Shown one piece after another: positions 38,901-46,651 of a stretch of 64,000 bases of DNA. The notes beneath the pieces are model-generated. The model saw only the letters and a list, made by a program, of their open reading frames with translations. It was not told where the DNA came from and searched no databases. Source of the DNA: a virus. Where the stretch lies: IMG/VR virus record IMGVR_UViG_3300028563_000011, positions 32,001 to 96,000 of that record; one strand, 5' to 3'. The position numbers were made by a program, and so were the translations under genes. Position 1 is the first letter of the stretch. Every line of letters starts with the position of its first letter.

Positions 38901-39407
38901 AGCTTCAATATCATCAAAGCCCACTTTGCCATCATCGCGTTTCTTAGCTGTCCATTCCTGGATACCAAAACCGTGGAAACGGTACATAGCAGAACGGCGT
39001 ACAATTCTACGCCAAGGTGTAGCTGTGTCTTGAATCACATCCTCAAATAATTCTGCAATTTGTTTGGCTGCAGGAGAATCATCTGCTGGCTCAACTTTCC
39101 ATTTAGCATAAGAGATCAAGTTCAACATGTAGCGCGTACCAGCAGCTACAATGGAAGTGTTAACCATAAGGTCAGTAAAGGTAATCCACTTTTGTGGGCC
39201 AACAAGCCGAGCATCGCGCTCACGTTGTAGAATTAAACCGCCATAAACGGCGGTTCCTGACACTCCTTGTTCGGAGAAGGGAGTAGCCTTAGGTAACGGC
39301 CCGGTTCTAAACAAATTAGTAATTCTAGAACCAAAACCAGCAAGACGTGCTCCATAAGGAACTTTAGCCACAGGCTCTCTCCTCTTTTTTAGAGCCAAAG
39401 TGGCCAT
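35937..39407 (-). CDS. Portal protein (Mu gp29/DUF935-like) with about 700-aa C-terminal cargo extension
   Basis: N-terminal ~460 aa portal (FHGFGIQEW, SPEGIGLYR, ERDLRGIP, GGSRAL); Q/G/P linker; 3 tags; ART-like domain. Confidence 0.85.
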   Translation of the reverse strand: MATLALKKRREPVAKVPYGARLAGFGSRITNLFRTGPLPKATPFSEQGVSGTAVYGGLILQRERDARLVGPQKWITFTDLMVNTSIVAAGTRYMLNLISYAKWKVEPADDSPAAKQIAELFEDVIQDTATPWRRIVRRSAMYRFHGFGIQEWTAKKRDDGKVGFDDIEARPQHTIERWELDDNGSVVGVWQRAPIGGALLYIPRSKVMYMVDDTLTDSPEGIGLYRHLIEPWERLKKYFELEGRGFERDLRGIPIGRVPYTAIRKAVQAGQLTKEDATGITQAVEDFVKMQSKSNDTSIVMDSAPYIVETDSGPSVSSAMQFGVELLQGGSVGFAEIGQAIDRTILEMARILGVENLLLGDKGGGSRALASDKSQNFYLVVNGTLDEITDACNKDVIEPLCDLNGIKDELRPKLKHSELAFRTVQEITASLAQMATAGAVLRPDDPAIDDVRDLLGIERQPEPDMDMYQQQQQAKAGMKFGPDGKPVDPVKMAEATARAKFAGQTPGQPGGGGGQPGGNGGTQPSVNGSQPPAKSGGKGSAGNQNVTNPKNVKKFFDLDDVESWDEEFTKANRGYKPRDSHGRFTAGFGSASSSPGIHEHPQETPPQPSAFANVPGLKGKVLRTKEWLSSEPVKQTVKNESLFIAKEAIGHILTFIAGTAIEHKLGSQDPGLHQDVRNFIYSTVHHFSRSTPEGQPKPGALDYVTLAHARAALHLAIQVFQKLRESEIKKADETDPILEILQALQEDLDNMGSDEDLSKAFNPDEPRDKSGKWATTVFHGTNEKTLSQIMREGLKPQGGKGADRFIMKGMSKAEKQELIRDTKGYVYVSFDWEQAAGFADLAAEINKSEPVILEIKIPKEEFDKRASADVTEGFTGKNSDFKFKGEVKPEWIVGIAKEPTTKVFNERIEKGLSDSVTLFMVLIPKKQGSVEKANPYHDGRGRFTDVAGARRPITASRHAATLAMDQEYAQKAATRSLTLKHALSVTAAVAGLSLVDRAFEVAKWFRTSSSAEVLKDHASVLGREGVAQLASHLLNQATKDQGVPFSAPIQRQVNSLIERTVLGEAQQRDITIGQARATVKVFLNLLKAYRKGQIEKVQVDASDPVVAILDYLIGMLDDMDQRENDEQALPQETIAKITRFIEDGEGLEIIAQEILE

Positions 39408-40170
39408 CCGGCCCCCTACGTGAGGCTAATAATTCCCGCATTGCTTGGGTCTTGTTATGTATATTTAAGTGGGCAACTAACTTTGCTTTATGCTCCAAAG
39501 ATTTAGGCTTGTTTTTAAGCTTGTTTGCGTATTTATTCCCAATATGTATATCAGTACATATTCGTTTGTAGTTATTTCTTTCTTCAACAGAAAGACTAGC
39601 TCTAAATCTTTTTAGCCCCATACTAATATTTGTCTTATGTTCTTCTGAAAGTTTACGTCCTTTTGTACGCGTATTCCCCACCAAGGAATCTGAAATTGCC
39701 TTACGCCAATTTACCAATTCTTCTTTAGTCTTATTAGACTTCGCTAATCTGAGTGCGGTCTTATGAGCATCACTCAACTTTCTACCTTTAGTATAACCCC
39801 CATTTTGTTGATTATATCTATTTCTCTCTGAGAATTTTTGTTTTGCTTCTTCAGAATGCTTAAACCCAGTAACAGATTTATCTCCACCATTCGTCAAATT
39901 ACAAAGAGTGCCTGTACCTAGATTTATTCTACCGTATTTCTTTACTAATTCCCGCTCTAGTGCCAAAGCTTGAGTCTCAGTTAGTAATGTCTTCACCATC
40001 CTTACTTCAATTGATAAACCCAAATTTTTTAGTTTGGCTACTATTCGCTTATGTAAATTACTTCTACCTCCAAAGTTGGAGGCCCGGCTACCCTTGCCTT
40101 TACCCACGTAAAAAACTTGTCCGGTATCTGGTCGAACATGCTCATACACATAAAAGTATAATGGTTCCAT
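39364..40170 (-). mobile_element. Free-standing GIY-YIG homing endonuclease with NUMOD3 repeats
   Basis: YVYEH...FYVGKG, NLTNGGD, and HSEEAK / GRKLSEEHK repeats; overlaps the portal start by 44 nt. Confidence 0.8.
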
Positions 40171-40297
40171 CTCCTTTTAATCCCCCCTTTCCCTAAAAGG
40201 CGTTGCTTTGGGCAACGGCCCAATGCGAAATAGGTTATAGATACGGGTTCCTAGAGCGTTTAAGGCGTTAGGCGTTGCCATTTCAAACTATACCTTT

Positions 40298-40682
40298 TTA
40301 GGTCTTAGCTCCAGGAGCGTAACAACGTATGTAAAGCTCACCAGTTCCGTCAGAGCCCCCCCACCAAACCGCAGGTAACCCCCATTTATTACTGGAATTT
40401 ATTATAGCTCCATCAGGAACAGGCACCCATTGTCCCTTTGTTTCTTCACTACGTATCCAATAATGACCATTCCGAATGTCTTCCTCAACAAAGCGCCCAT
40501 CAGCTACATCACAACACCGCTCACGACTACCAGGTATACGTTGGTCATGAAACCACTGATCCATTTCAGGGTCCCCAGAACTTACCCAGTGTCCCGGGCG
40601 GGAATGAACAACCAGACTCCCTAAAATAACCCCTAACCAAGCTATTACAGCGATGTAAGCAACAATACGTAAGATCTTCATT
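40298..40682 (-). CDS. Exported/membrane Cys-containing protein
   Basis: Likely start MKILRIV; signal/TM helix; CCDVAD and IRCY.PG. Confidence 0.5.
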
Positions 40683-40691
40683 GAGCATTCC

Positions 40692-40913
40692 TTATATTGA
40701 AGTACCACTTTTGATTTCTTTACACTCAAGCTTTGCGTCTTTGAACGTAACAGTTGATCCAAAGATTGTCTTTATCAATTTGTTCACATCGCTCTCTAAC
40801 TCTCGCTTCTGACTTTGACACATCTCTAAAGTATCATAGCCAGTCTTTGAAGACACCAAAGCATGAACTGAGTGTGGAGTAAGCATCATAAACTGCAAGA
40901 TTATAAACCACAT
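40692..40913 (-). CDS. Hypothetical small protein
   Basis: Hydrophobic N-terminus; YDTLEMC motif. Confidence 0.45.
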   Translation of the reverse strand: MWFIILQFMMLTPHSVHALVSSKTGYDTLEMCQSQKRELESDVNKLIKTIFGSTVTFKDAKLECKEIKSGTSI

Positions 40914-40914
40914 C

Positions 40915-41409
40915 TTAGGGTTGTCCTTGTTTGACTTTGTCTTTGGGGGCTCTTACCGTAAACTTGATGTCTGGCCGGTTTACACAAACCGGCCAAGCGT
41001 ATTGCAACATATTACAAGCAAAGCAAGCACTACTCCGATACGTTGCTAACCCAGGAGCAGTGCTGGGATGAAGAGTAAACACACGATTGAGTTGGTTAGG
41101 ATCACCTTTAGCAGATTCTCTCCCATACACTGAAGGAAAGTAATCATAACTCCAAATAGCACCAGTCTTATCCACAATTTCTCGTGTAACATTTCTCGGA
41201 GAAGAAGGATTACATACACGTATTGTTTGGATATCCCAAGAAATTTCAATCTCATCTCCTGGGTAAGGCTCTTCAGGAATAACCCTACCATCCTTCCTTA
41301 TGTAGGGCGGCTCCCGGTCAATTAACATGTAAACAAAAGGACCCATAAAAAGTATGGCGACAAGAGCGGGGATTAAATTACTTACAACGCGTTTCATAGA
41401 CTCTCTCAT
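40915..41409 (-). CDS. Membrane-anchored protein (possible lysis accessory)
   Basis: N-terminal TM then periplasmic domain with Cys residues; coupled to a holin-like gene. Confidence 0.45.
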   Translation of the reverse strand: MRESMKRVVSNLIPALVAILFMGPFVYMLIDREPPYIRKDGRVIPEEPYPGDEIEISWDIQTIRVCNPSSPRNVTREIVDKTGAIWSYDYFPSVYGRESAKGDPNQLNRVFTLHPSTAPGLATYRSSACFACNMLQYAWPVCVNRPDIKFTVRAPKDKVKQGQP

Positions 41410-41636
41410 TTTGCGAGACCCCTCACAACTTTTACAAGAAAGTCATAACTTGAAATAACTGCGACTGAAATCCCTCCAAGCCAAAGTACCCAACGCCTGA
41501 ACATAGCCCAAAACCAAGAAGCCTTATCGTCAGCGTCCAGTAACCTACGTACACGAGCAAGTTCTTCTGGAGCTAACGGTTCTCTGGAGTACGTTTTTAC
41601 GTAGAGGTCTTTACTTGCTTCGTCAGTCATGCCCAC
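41406..41636 (-). CDS. Holin-like single-TM protein
   Basis: 76 aa with C-terminal TM; M-G-M possible dual start. Confidence 0.35.
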   Translation of the reverse strand: MGMTDEASKDLYVKTYSREPLAPEELARVRRLLDADDKASWFWAMFRRWVLWLGGISVAVISSYDFLVKVVRGLAK

Positions 41637-41657
41637 ACCCCTTCAGTCTTTTGATAA

Positions 41658-43472
41658 TCACTTATCCGGGTGTTTAGAATCATACACCTCCCCGTCCTTG
41701 AAGACTTTAGGACCCATTCCAAGCATGAACGTAGGTTGGACTACCGGCCAGTAATTCATAACAATTGAATCTGCCAGGTTAGGTGATACCGTACCATCTG
41801 GTGATTTGTCAACTAAAAGTTTTAACCTAGAGTTCTTAGACGCAGTAGCTTGTGACAACTCTTTCTCAATCTTACGTAAAAGAGGTAGCTTAGAGTCAAG
41901 TGAGATTAACGTGTCTGGATCGTGTTTAACACCTTGTGTAACAACTTGATATGTACGAAGGAAACGGTTGCGCAATTCCCACCAAGCTTGTGCTTTTAGG
42001 TTGGCATAGAAATCTTTGTTCTTAGGTGAGTCTAGGTCACCTTCATTGACTCTTGCATTAGGGTATAACACAGATGAACCAGCATTCCATGCAATAAACT
42101 GTAATCCTTTTGGTATAATTAGCTTACCTTCACTATCTTTTTCTTCCATTAAGCGATTTGTCTCAGCTTTAACAGCGGCACCAACTCCAATACAATCGTA
42201 CTGAAGGGATAAGGCTCCTAAACCTAAGACAGCTGCTACAGCACGTCTAGCTGTTACGCCGGGGTCTCTAGCACCCCACTCTTCCGCAAAGCGTAGGACT
42301 ACCCCCTGGCGCTTAGATAGGGCATTACGGTCACCACCTTCATCAGCTACGTCTAAAGCTGCACCCCAGGGCCCACCTTCGTGCCAACCTTCAAGAGAAG
42401 TTACATTGGCATGTAAGTGAGCGTCAATTGACGCTTTCACCCACTCATTAGGTATAATGACACCAGCTAATGCTGCAGTATAGTTACGATCTACTTCTTG
42501 AGCTAAAAGATGTAGTGTACCTTTGTCTTCTGCGTTTCTTCTACGTTCAGCGTACCACTCTTCTGTTTTATCAGGGTGATCCCTCCAATCCATAACAAGA
42601 ACACGTGTTTTGCCTCTCGGTATTACAGCACCAGGGTACCAATCAATACCACCCTCACGAGTTCTATGGAATAAGTTACCAGGCCCATTAACAGAAGACA
42701 TATCAATTGGGACACGAGTAGTATCCCCTAAAGACGCTTCAATCAACTCTGGATGCTCGTAATGGCTACTCTCATCTTTCATGTAGAGAAGTGTGCGCCC
42801 ACCTCTACCAATATTATCCCCAATTTCTCCTTTTATAACTGATCCGTTTGAAGGGTTAATACAACGCATAAAGGTAAGATGATCACGCGGTTCTAATCCT
42901 TGAGGTAAAAACACTTCTGGTAAACCGCGAATCATCATCCTAATCTTTTCAAAGATTGAGTCGGGATCACCCAGCTTATCCACTTTTGGTTGGGTAGCTG
43001 AGCCCCAACCAATTTGAGAGCTAGGCCAAAATAACCAAAGCCAAACTGAGAAAGCAACTCCAATCCAAGTTGCTCCCATATCTCTCGACTTTTCAATTAA
43101 GCCCGGTTGCTCATCTTTCAAACAAGAAAGAAGGAACTGTAACATTTCTACTTGCTTAGGAAACATAATAAATGGAAATCGAGTAAGCTTACCTTCTTTA
43201 CCAACATTACGTGGCTCATATAAATCAACCCAATGATTAATCCACTCTAATGAGTGTTCCTTGTAGTAAGCTTTAGCTGATTCGATAAGTTCAGGTCTAA
43301 ACTCAAACTTATCCAACTGGTTTTTACGCCAAACTAAAACGCTGTCGTAATTAGGCGGCCAGTTTTCTCTTGAACAAGGCTGTGGTGGTTTAAGTTTAGT
43401 CGCACTTGCTCTTAACAGACGTTCAACACGTACTGTACGTAAAGCCTCAGATACGTCTATTAAGCCAGACAC
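41658..43472 (-). CDS. terL: Terminase large subunit
   Basis: EKSRDMGATW Walker A, KDES Walker B, LDVADEGGD nuclease motif and SPNLADS. Confidence 0.92.
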   Translation of the reverse strand: MSGLIDVSEALRTVRVERLLRASATKLKPPQPCSRENWPPNYDSVLVWRKNQLDKFEFRPELIESAKAYYKEHSLEWINHWVDLYEPRNVGKEGKLTRFPFIMFPKQVEMLQFLLSCLKDEQPGLIEKSRDMGATWIGVAFSVWLWLFWPSSQIGWGSATQPKVDKLGDPDSIFEKIRMMIRGLPEVFLPQGLEPRDHLTFMRCINPSNGSVIKGEIGDNIGRGGRTLLYMKDESSHYEHPELIEASLGDTTRVPIDMSSVNGPGNLFHRTREGGIDWYPGAVIPRGKTRVLVMDWRDHPDKTEEWYAERRRNAEDKGTLHLLAQEVDRNYTAALAGVIIPNEWVKASIDAHLHANVTSLEGWHEGGPWGAALDVADEGGDRNALSKRQGVVLRFAEEWGARDPGVTARRAVAAVLGLGALSLQYDCIGVGAAVKAETNRLMEEKDSEGKLIIPKGLQFIAWNAGSSVLYPNARVNEGDLDSPKNKDFYANLKAQAWWELRNRFLRTYQVVTQGVKHDPDTLISLDSKLPLLRKIEKELSQATASKNSRLKLLVDKSPDGTVSPNLADSIVMNYWPVVQPTFMLGMGPKVFKDGEVYDSKHPDK

Positions 43473-44029
43473 GAGTACCTACCTTTGATCAACTTAAGTT
43501 GTTTTTGTAGTCTTTTAATAGTGCTTGTACGTACTGTAGCTAATGAATCATAATACCCTACATCCCTTGGCTTACCGTAATGACGAGCACCACTAACCCG
43601 GTCTCCAGATATTGTCTCTGCTTTAGGGTAAAGACGTTTGAGTTGTCTAGCTATATCTCGAACACTACTAGAGCCAAGACCCAAAGGTTTATCAAAAGCT
43701 GATACTGCACTTTCATTTTCTGGACTAGACTCAATACTCAAATCCTTACCTACCCATTCTACGTACAAATGCTTAGGATCTGCAACATTCAAAACAACTG
43801 AACCAACCCTTTGGTTAAATACATCCCTAATATGATAATGATCGTATTGTTCTCCTGGCTGTACAATTTCTTTATGACTAAATACAAGGTAAGGTTTAGA
43901 ACCAGAAGAGGACCACTTCCCAGATTTATCTCTAGGCTCTTCCGGGTTGAAAGCTTTGTTCATTCCCTGCTGGACCTTTACCAGGTCCAGTTGAAGGTTC
44001 ATGATCTGTAGTTGTGTTTGAAGGCCCAC
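43460..44029 (-). CDS. Tagged protein with GNAT-like cargo domain
   Basis: MNK-AFNPEEPRDKSGKW, then LYVEWV...LGLG...RQLKRLYP...ISGDRVSGAR. Confidence 0.6.
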   Translation of the reverse strand: MGLQTQLQIMNLQLDLVKVQQGMNKAFNPEEPRDKSGKWSSSGSKPYLVFSHKEIVQPGEQYDHYHIRDVFNQRVGSVVLNVADPKHLYVEWVGKDLSIESSPENESAVSAFDKPLGLGSSSVRDIARQLKRLYPKAETISGDRVSGARHYGKPRDVGYYDSLATVRTSTIKRLQKQLKLIKGRYSCLA

Positions 44030-44070
44030 AGATAAGCGTCCTTAACTTTAGGGTTTAGAAAAACACTAAA

Positions 44071-44265
44071 GAGAATTTTATTCTTCGCAACCTTAAGCGA
44101 CGTGAAGAATTTTATTCTAGATCTTCCTAGGACGAAGAGAATAATTTTCTTTTACGGGGTAAAGCATATTTGTACTTTATTACAAAAGGATCAGCTTTTA
44201 GTGTTTTAACTTGTAAAGAGAATAATATTCTCTGGTCGCCTGGGCGAAGACGGAATAATATTCTC
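44071..44265. repeat. Five imperfect palindromes (G/A)GAATWWTWTTCT
   Basis: Copies near 44071, 44105, 44137, 44218 and 44251 in an AT-rich intergenic region. Confidence 0.75.
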
Positions 44266-44718
44266 TAAAGACACTTAATCAATAAATAATTCATTAATCA
44301 GTAATTTAGGCAACAAAGATTTCAGCAACACAAAGGATACCACTCACGCTTTTGTATTAATATACAAAAGGGAAACATATTCCAATCAAAACTACCATCC
44401 ACGAAAAGTATTCTACCAACTTTAATCTTTGATTCTCACTCATACGCTCTCAAATTCTTATAGAAGGCCAAGGGCGAGTTTTACAGGTCCGCCGCTAGGG
44501 GTGTGGAGGGCAACCCGTTTTAACTTTCCTACGACGATCCTTGAGCCTTACAGACTTAGTCCATCAAGGATGGAAGCTCGATGTCACCTAAAAAGTGCGG
44601 GCTTATCCTATGCCGGCCCCCGCTTGCACCAAGTTGCAACCAATATTCCAGATCACAACCAGACCTCCGCTCCACTTTGAGTTCCGGAACTCATTGGTAG
44701 GGGCCACCATCTCTAAAG

Positions 44719-44940
44719 TTACACCCAGAAAGCCCTAGGAGGGTCAACTAACGTACCATTAGCTTCAAGCACAGCAGCCCAAAAAGCCTTAGCCTCTGGG
44801 GTTTTAGATTTGCACTTTTGCATACGAGCGTGAGTAATACGATGATTTCTCGGCCAACTACGATCTTGCTTAAGGAATTCCTCAACGCTAAGAGTTGTAA
44901 TATCTACGTTCACTTGACTTCCTTTATGCTTTGCTGGCAT
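44719..44940 (-). CDS. Hypothetical protein
   Basis: ORF with FWAAVLEAN motif; start uncertain. Confidence 0.4.
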   Translation of the reverse strand: MPAKHKGSQVNVDITTLSVEEFLKQDRSWPRNHRITHARMQKCKSKTPEAKAFWAAVLEANGTLVDPPRAFWV

Positions 44941-45095
44941 AGGATTTCTGCTGCCTCCGCTAGAGTGTGGATGTCTACAAAGAATTGTCTTGCTATTTGT
45001 AGCATACTCCTACGAGCGTCTTCGTCAGGTTCCTTTTCTTCAACAAAAGAAGCCTCAATAATCAAAAAGGCAGCTTCGATTTCTCTAACACTCAT
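44910..45095 (-). CDS. Hypothetical protein
   Basis: Start re-called to MSVREIE (GGAG RBS), because the track start lies inside the tRNA. Confidence 0.5.
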   Translation of the reverse strand: MSVREIEAAFLIIEASFVEEKEPDEDARRSMLQIARQFFVDIHTLAEAAEILCQQSIKEVK

Positions 45096-45115
45096 TTTGA
45101 TGTTTCTCCATAGTG

Positions 45116-45192
45116 TGGTGCTGCTAGATAGATTCGAACTACCAACCGACTGCTTACAAGGCAGCTGCTCTACCAATTGGAGCTATAGCAGC
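45116..45192 (-). tRNA. tRNA-Thr(UGU)
   Basis: GCTGCTA acceptor, CTTGTAA anticodon loop, GTTCGAAT T-loop and encoded CCA. Confidence 0.92.
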
Positions 45193-45203
45193 AAAGAGTG
45201 TAA

Positions 45204-45301
45204 GACTGATAAAGCCTGCCTCGACAGCTTTTTGATCGAAGTGGCTAGATAAACTGTTTGACCGCGAGCGAGGACGGTCCAGGCCACTTACTTTATCAGT
45301 C
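45204..45301 (-). ncRNA. Structured RNA motif, copy 1 (unassigned; ribozyme-like candidate)
   Basis: Closing stem GACTGATAAAG/CTTTATCAGTC; inner AAGTGGC/GCCACTT; ACCG-TCCTCGCTCG-CGGT hairpin; covaries with copy 2. Confidence 0.65.
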
Positions 45302-45354
45302 CAACCTCACTTCATCCAAAGGCGTACACCTTACTGTGGATGAAGCGAAGGATA

Positions 45355-45795
45355 CTACTTCTCAAAGACTTTGGGTACGTGACCTTCACGTATCTTAGCC
45401 TTTATCTGTGATGCTAGACGCGTAGCAAGTTGCACATCATAATCTGGCCTACTCGCCCAGTACTGCATCTTATCACTTGCATGAGCAAGCTCAGTATGAG
45501 CACGTTTAGCCTTTGCAGGGTCTTCAGCTGTCTTTGCTAAGTGACTCAAGTATACATACGCTGCAAAGTGCTTAGCCCAATTTGCAGTTGGGTTAGGTTG
45601 CCTGCCTGACCAAGGGACTTTCTTACCACCCCCATACATCTGCTTATCAGAATAAACAATCCCCATACCAGGAGAAGAACTAAATCGACCAAATTTGTCA
45701 TGATAAGGATCAGCTTTAGCCAAACAACCAAACAATGCTACTGACTCTCGTAAAGAGTCAATTCTCTGGGCTAGGACTTGAGTTGTATTCACCAT
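45355..45795 (-). CDS. DPYHD-tagged protein of unknown function
   Basis: Coiled-coil leader, LAK-ADPYHDKFGRF, then helical cargo. Confidence 0.7.
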   Translation of the reverse strand: MVNTTQVLAQRIDSLRESVALFGCLAKADPYHDKFGRFSSSPGMGIVYSDKQMYGGGKKVPWSGRQPNPTANWAKHFAAYVYLSHLAKTAEDPAKAKRAHTELAHASDKMQYWASRPDYDVQLATRLASQIKAKIREGHVPKVFEK

Positions 45796-45810
45796 CCTTA
45801 GTCCTTTAGG

Positions 45811-45996
45811 GAGTTAGAGGAAGACTAACAGCTGGCCCCGACCAGTTATGCCAAGTGTCAAGCTATATTCTTCAGGCCTTTCGGTGTTCCCAGTATACGT
45901 ACCAAGATTGTACATAGTAACCGAGCCGGTTATCTCCCAAAGCCAACAGCGAGCGAGGACTGTCCAAGACACTTACTTTTAGTCTTCCCCTAACTC
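45811..45996 (-). ncRNA. Structured RNA motif, copy 2
   Basis: 18-bp closing stem overlapping the terS stop; AAGTGTC/GACACTT; ACAG-TCCTCGCTCG-CTGT. Confidence 0.65.
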
Positions 45997-46482
45997 TTCT
46001 ACATACGCCGCTGCATCAATATCAAGTTCATTAACATGTCCATTTGTATACCCACTAGACTCACCTGATGCAATCTTACCCAGTGCCTTCTCCATAGTCA
46101 ATAACTCAGTCTCTGACAAACCCTTCAAAGCCTCAGGAGGTAATGCTAGAACCTGCACTGTACCTTTAAGAGTAGTAGCTGTAAGCTTTGGTGTGAAACA
46201 ATTAAGCAATCTATCAGCAGCCCACTTCTTATCATCCCAAGAAACAGGATACTCCCATTTATTTCTACCACTACCACCAGTAGCCCTATTTGCTCTAAGC
46301 ACCATCAACATAAAATCCAGTGGCATAATACCACCATTTGCTATATGTGCCTCTGCTGCTTTTTCTCGTAATTGCACAGGCATTTTGTTCTTAGCACCCT
46401 GTGGCCTACCCTGTGTATGATTACCACCATTAAAATGACGATTATCAACAGTACCCTCTTTCGTGATACGTACACGCTTCAT
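45979..46482 (-). CDS. terS: Terminase small subunit
   Basis: GRPQGAKNK...MPLDFMLMV...AA...PKL motifs. Confidence 0.75.
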   Translation of the reverse strand: MKRVRITKEGTVDNRHFNGGNHTQGRPQGAKNKMPVQLREKAAEAHIANGGIMPLDFMLMVLRANRATGGSGRNKWEYPVSWDDKKWAADRLLNCFTPKLTATTLKGTVQVLALPPEALKGLSETELLTMEKALGKIASGESSGYTNGHVNELDIDAAAYVEELGED

Positions 46483-46651
46483 GACTTTTTGACCCTCTTT
46501 TTATCTGATCCCCTGATTTTATGAAATCAAGGAAATCAATTTATTAGGGTGTATATTACTTCAATTGATTAATCAAGTTGATTTTAATAATATAAAATCA
46601 TTAGTACTACAAAACAATAACACTAGCACCCATAGCAATATATTTGTGTAT

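Noticed and set aside
39364-40297. Group I intron around the GIY-YIG gene
   Set aside because: No interrupted host gene and no recognisable P7/catalytic core; the portal ORF is intact
44071-44265. Possible mini-CRISPR array
   Set aside because: Repeats about 14 bp and degenerate, spacers under 20 bp and irregular, no cas genes
45096-45176. N-terminal part of track ORF 44910..45176
   Set aside because: It is a translation of tRNA-Thr; a better start with RBS lies at 45095
45204-45996. Calling the RNA motif a hammerhead, twister or canonical HDV/theta ribozyme
   Set aside because: No CUGANGA/GAAA core; the loop differs from twister; the insertion between P3 and P1-like strands and the 5'-of-tRNA position do not fit HDV/theta
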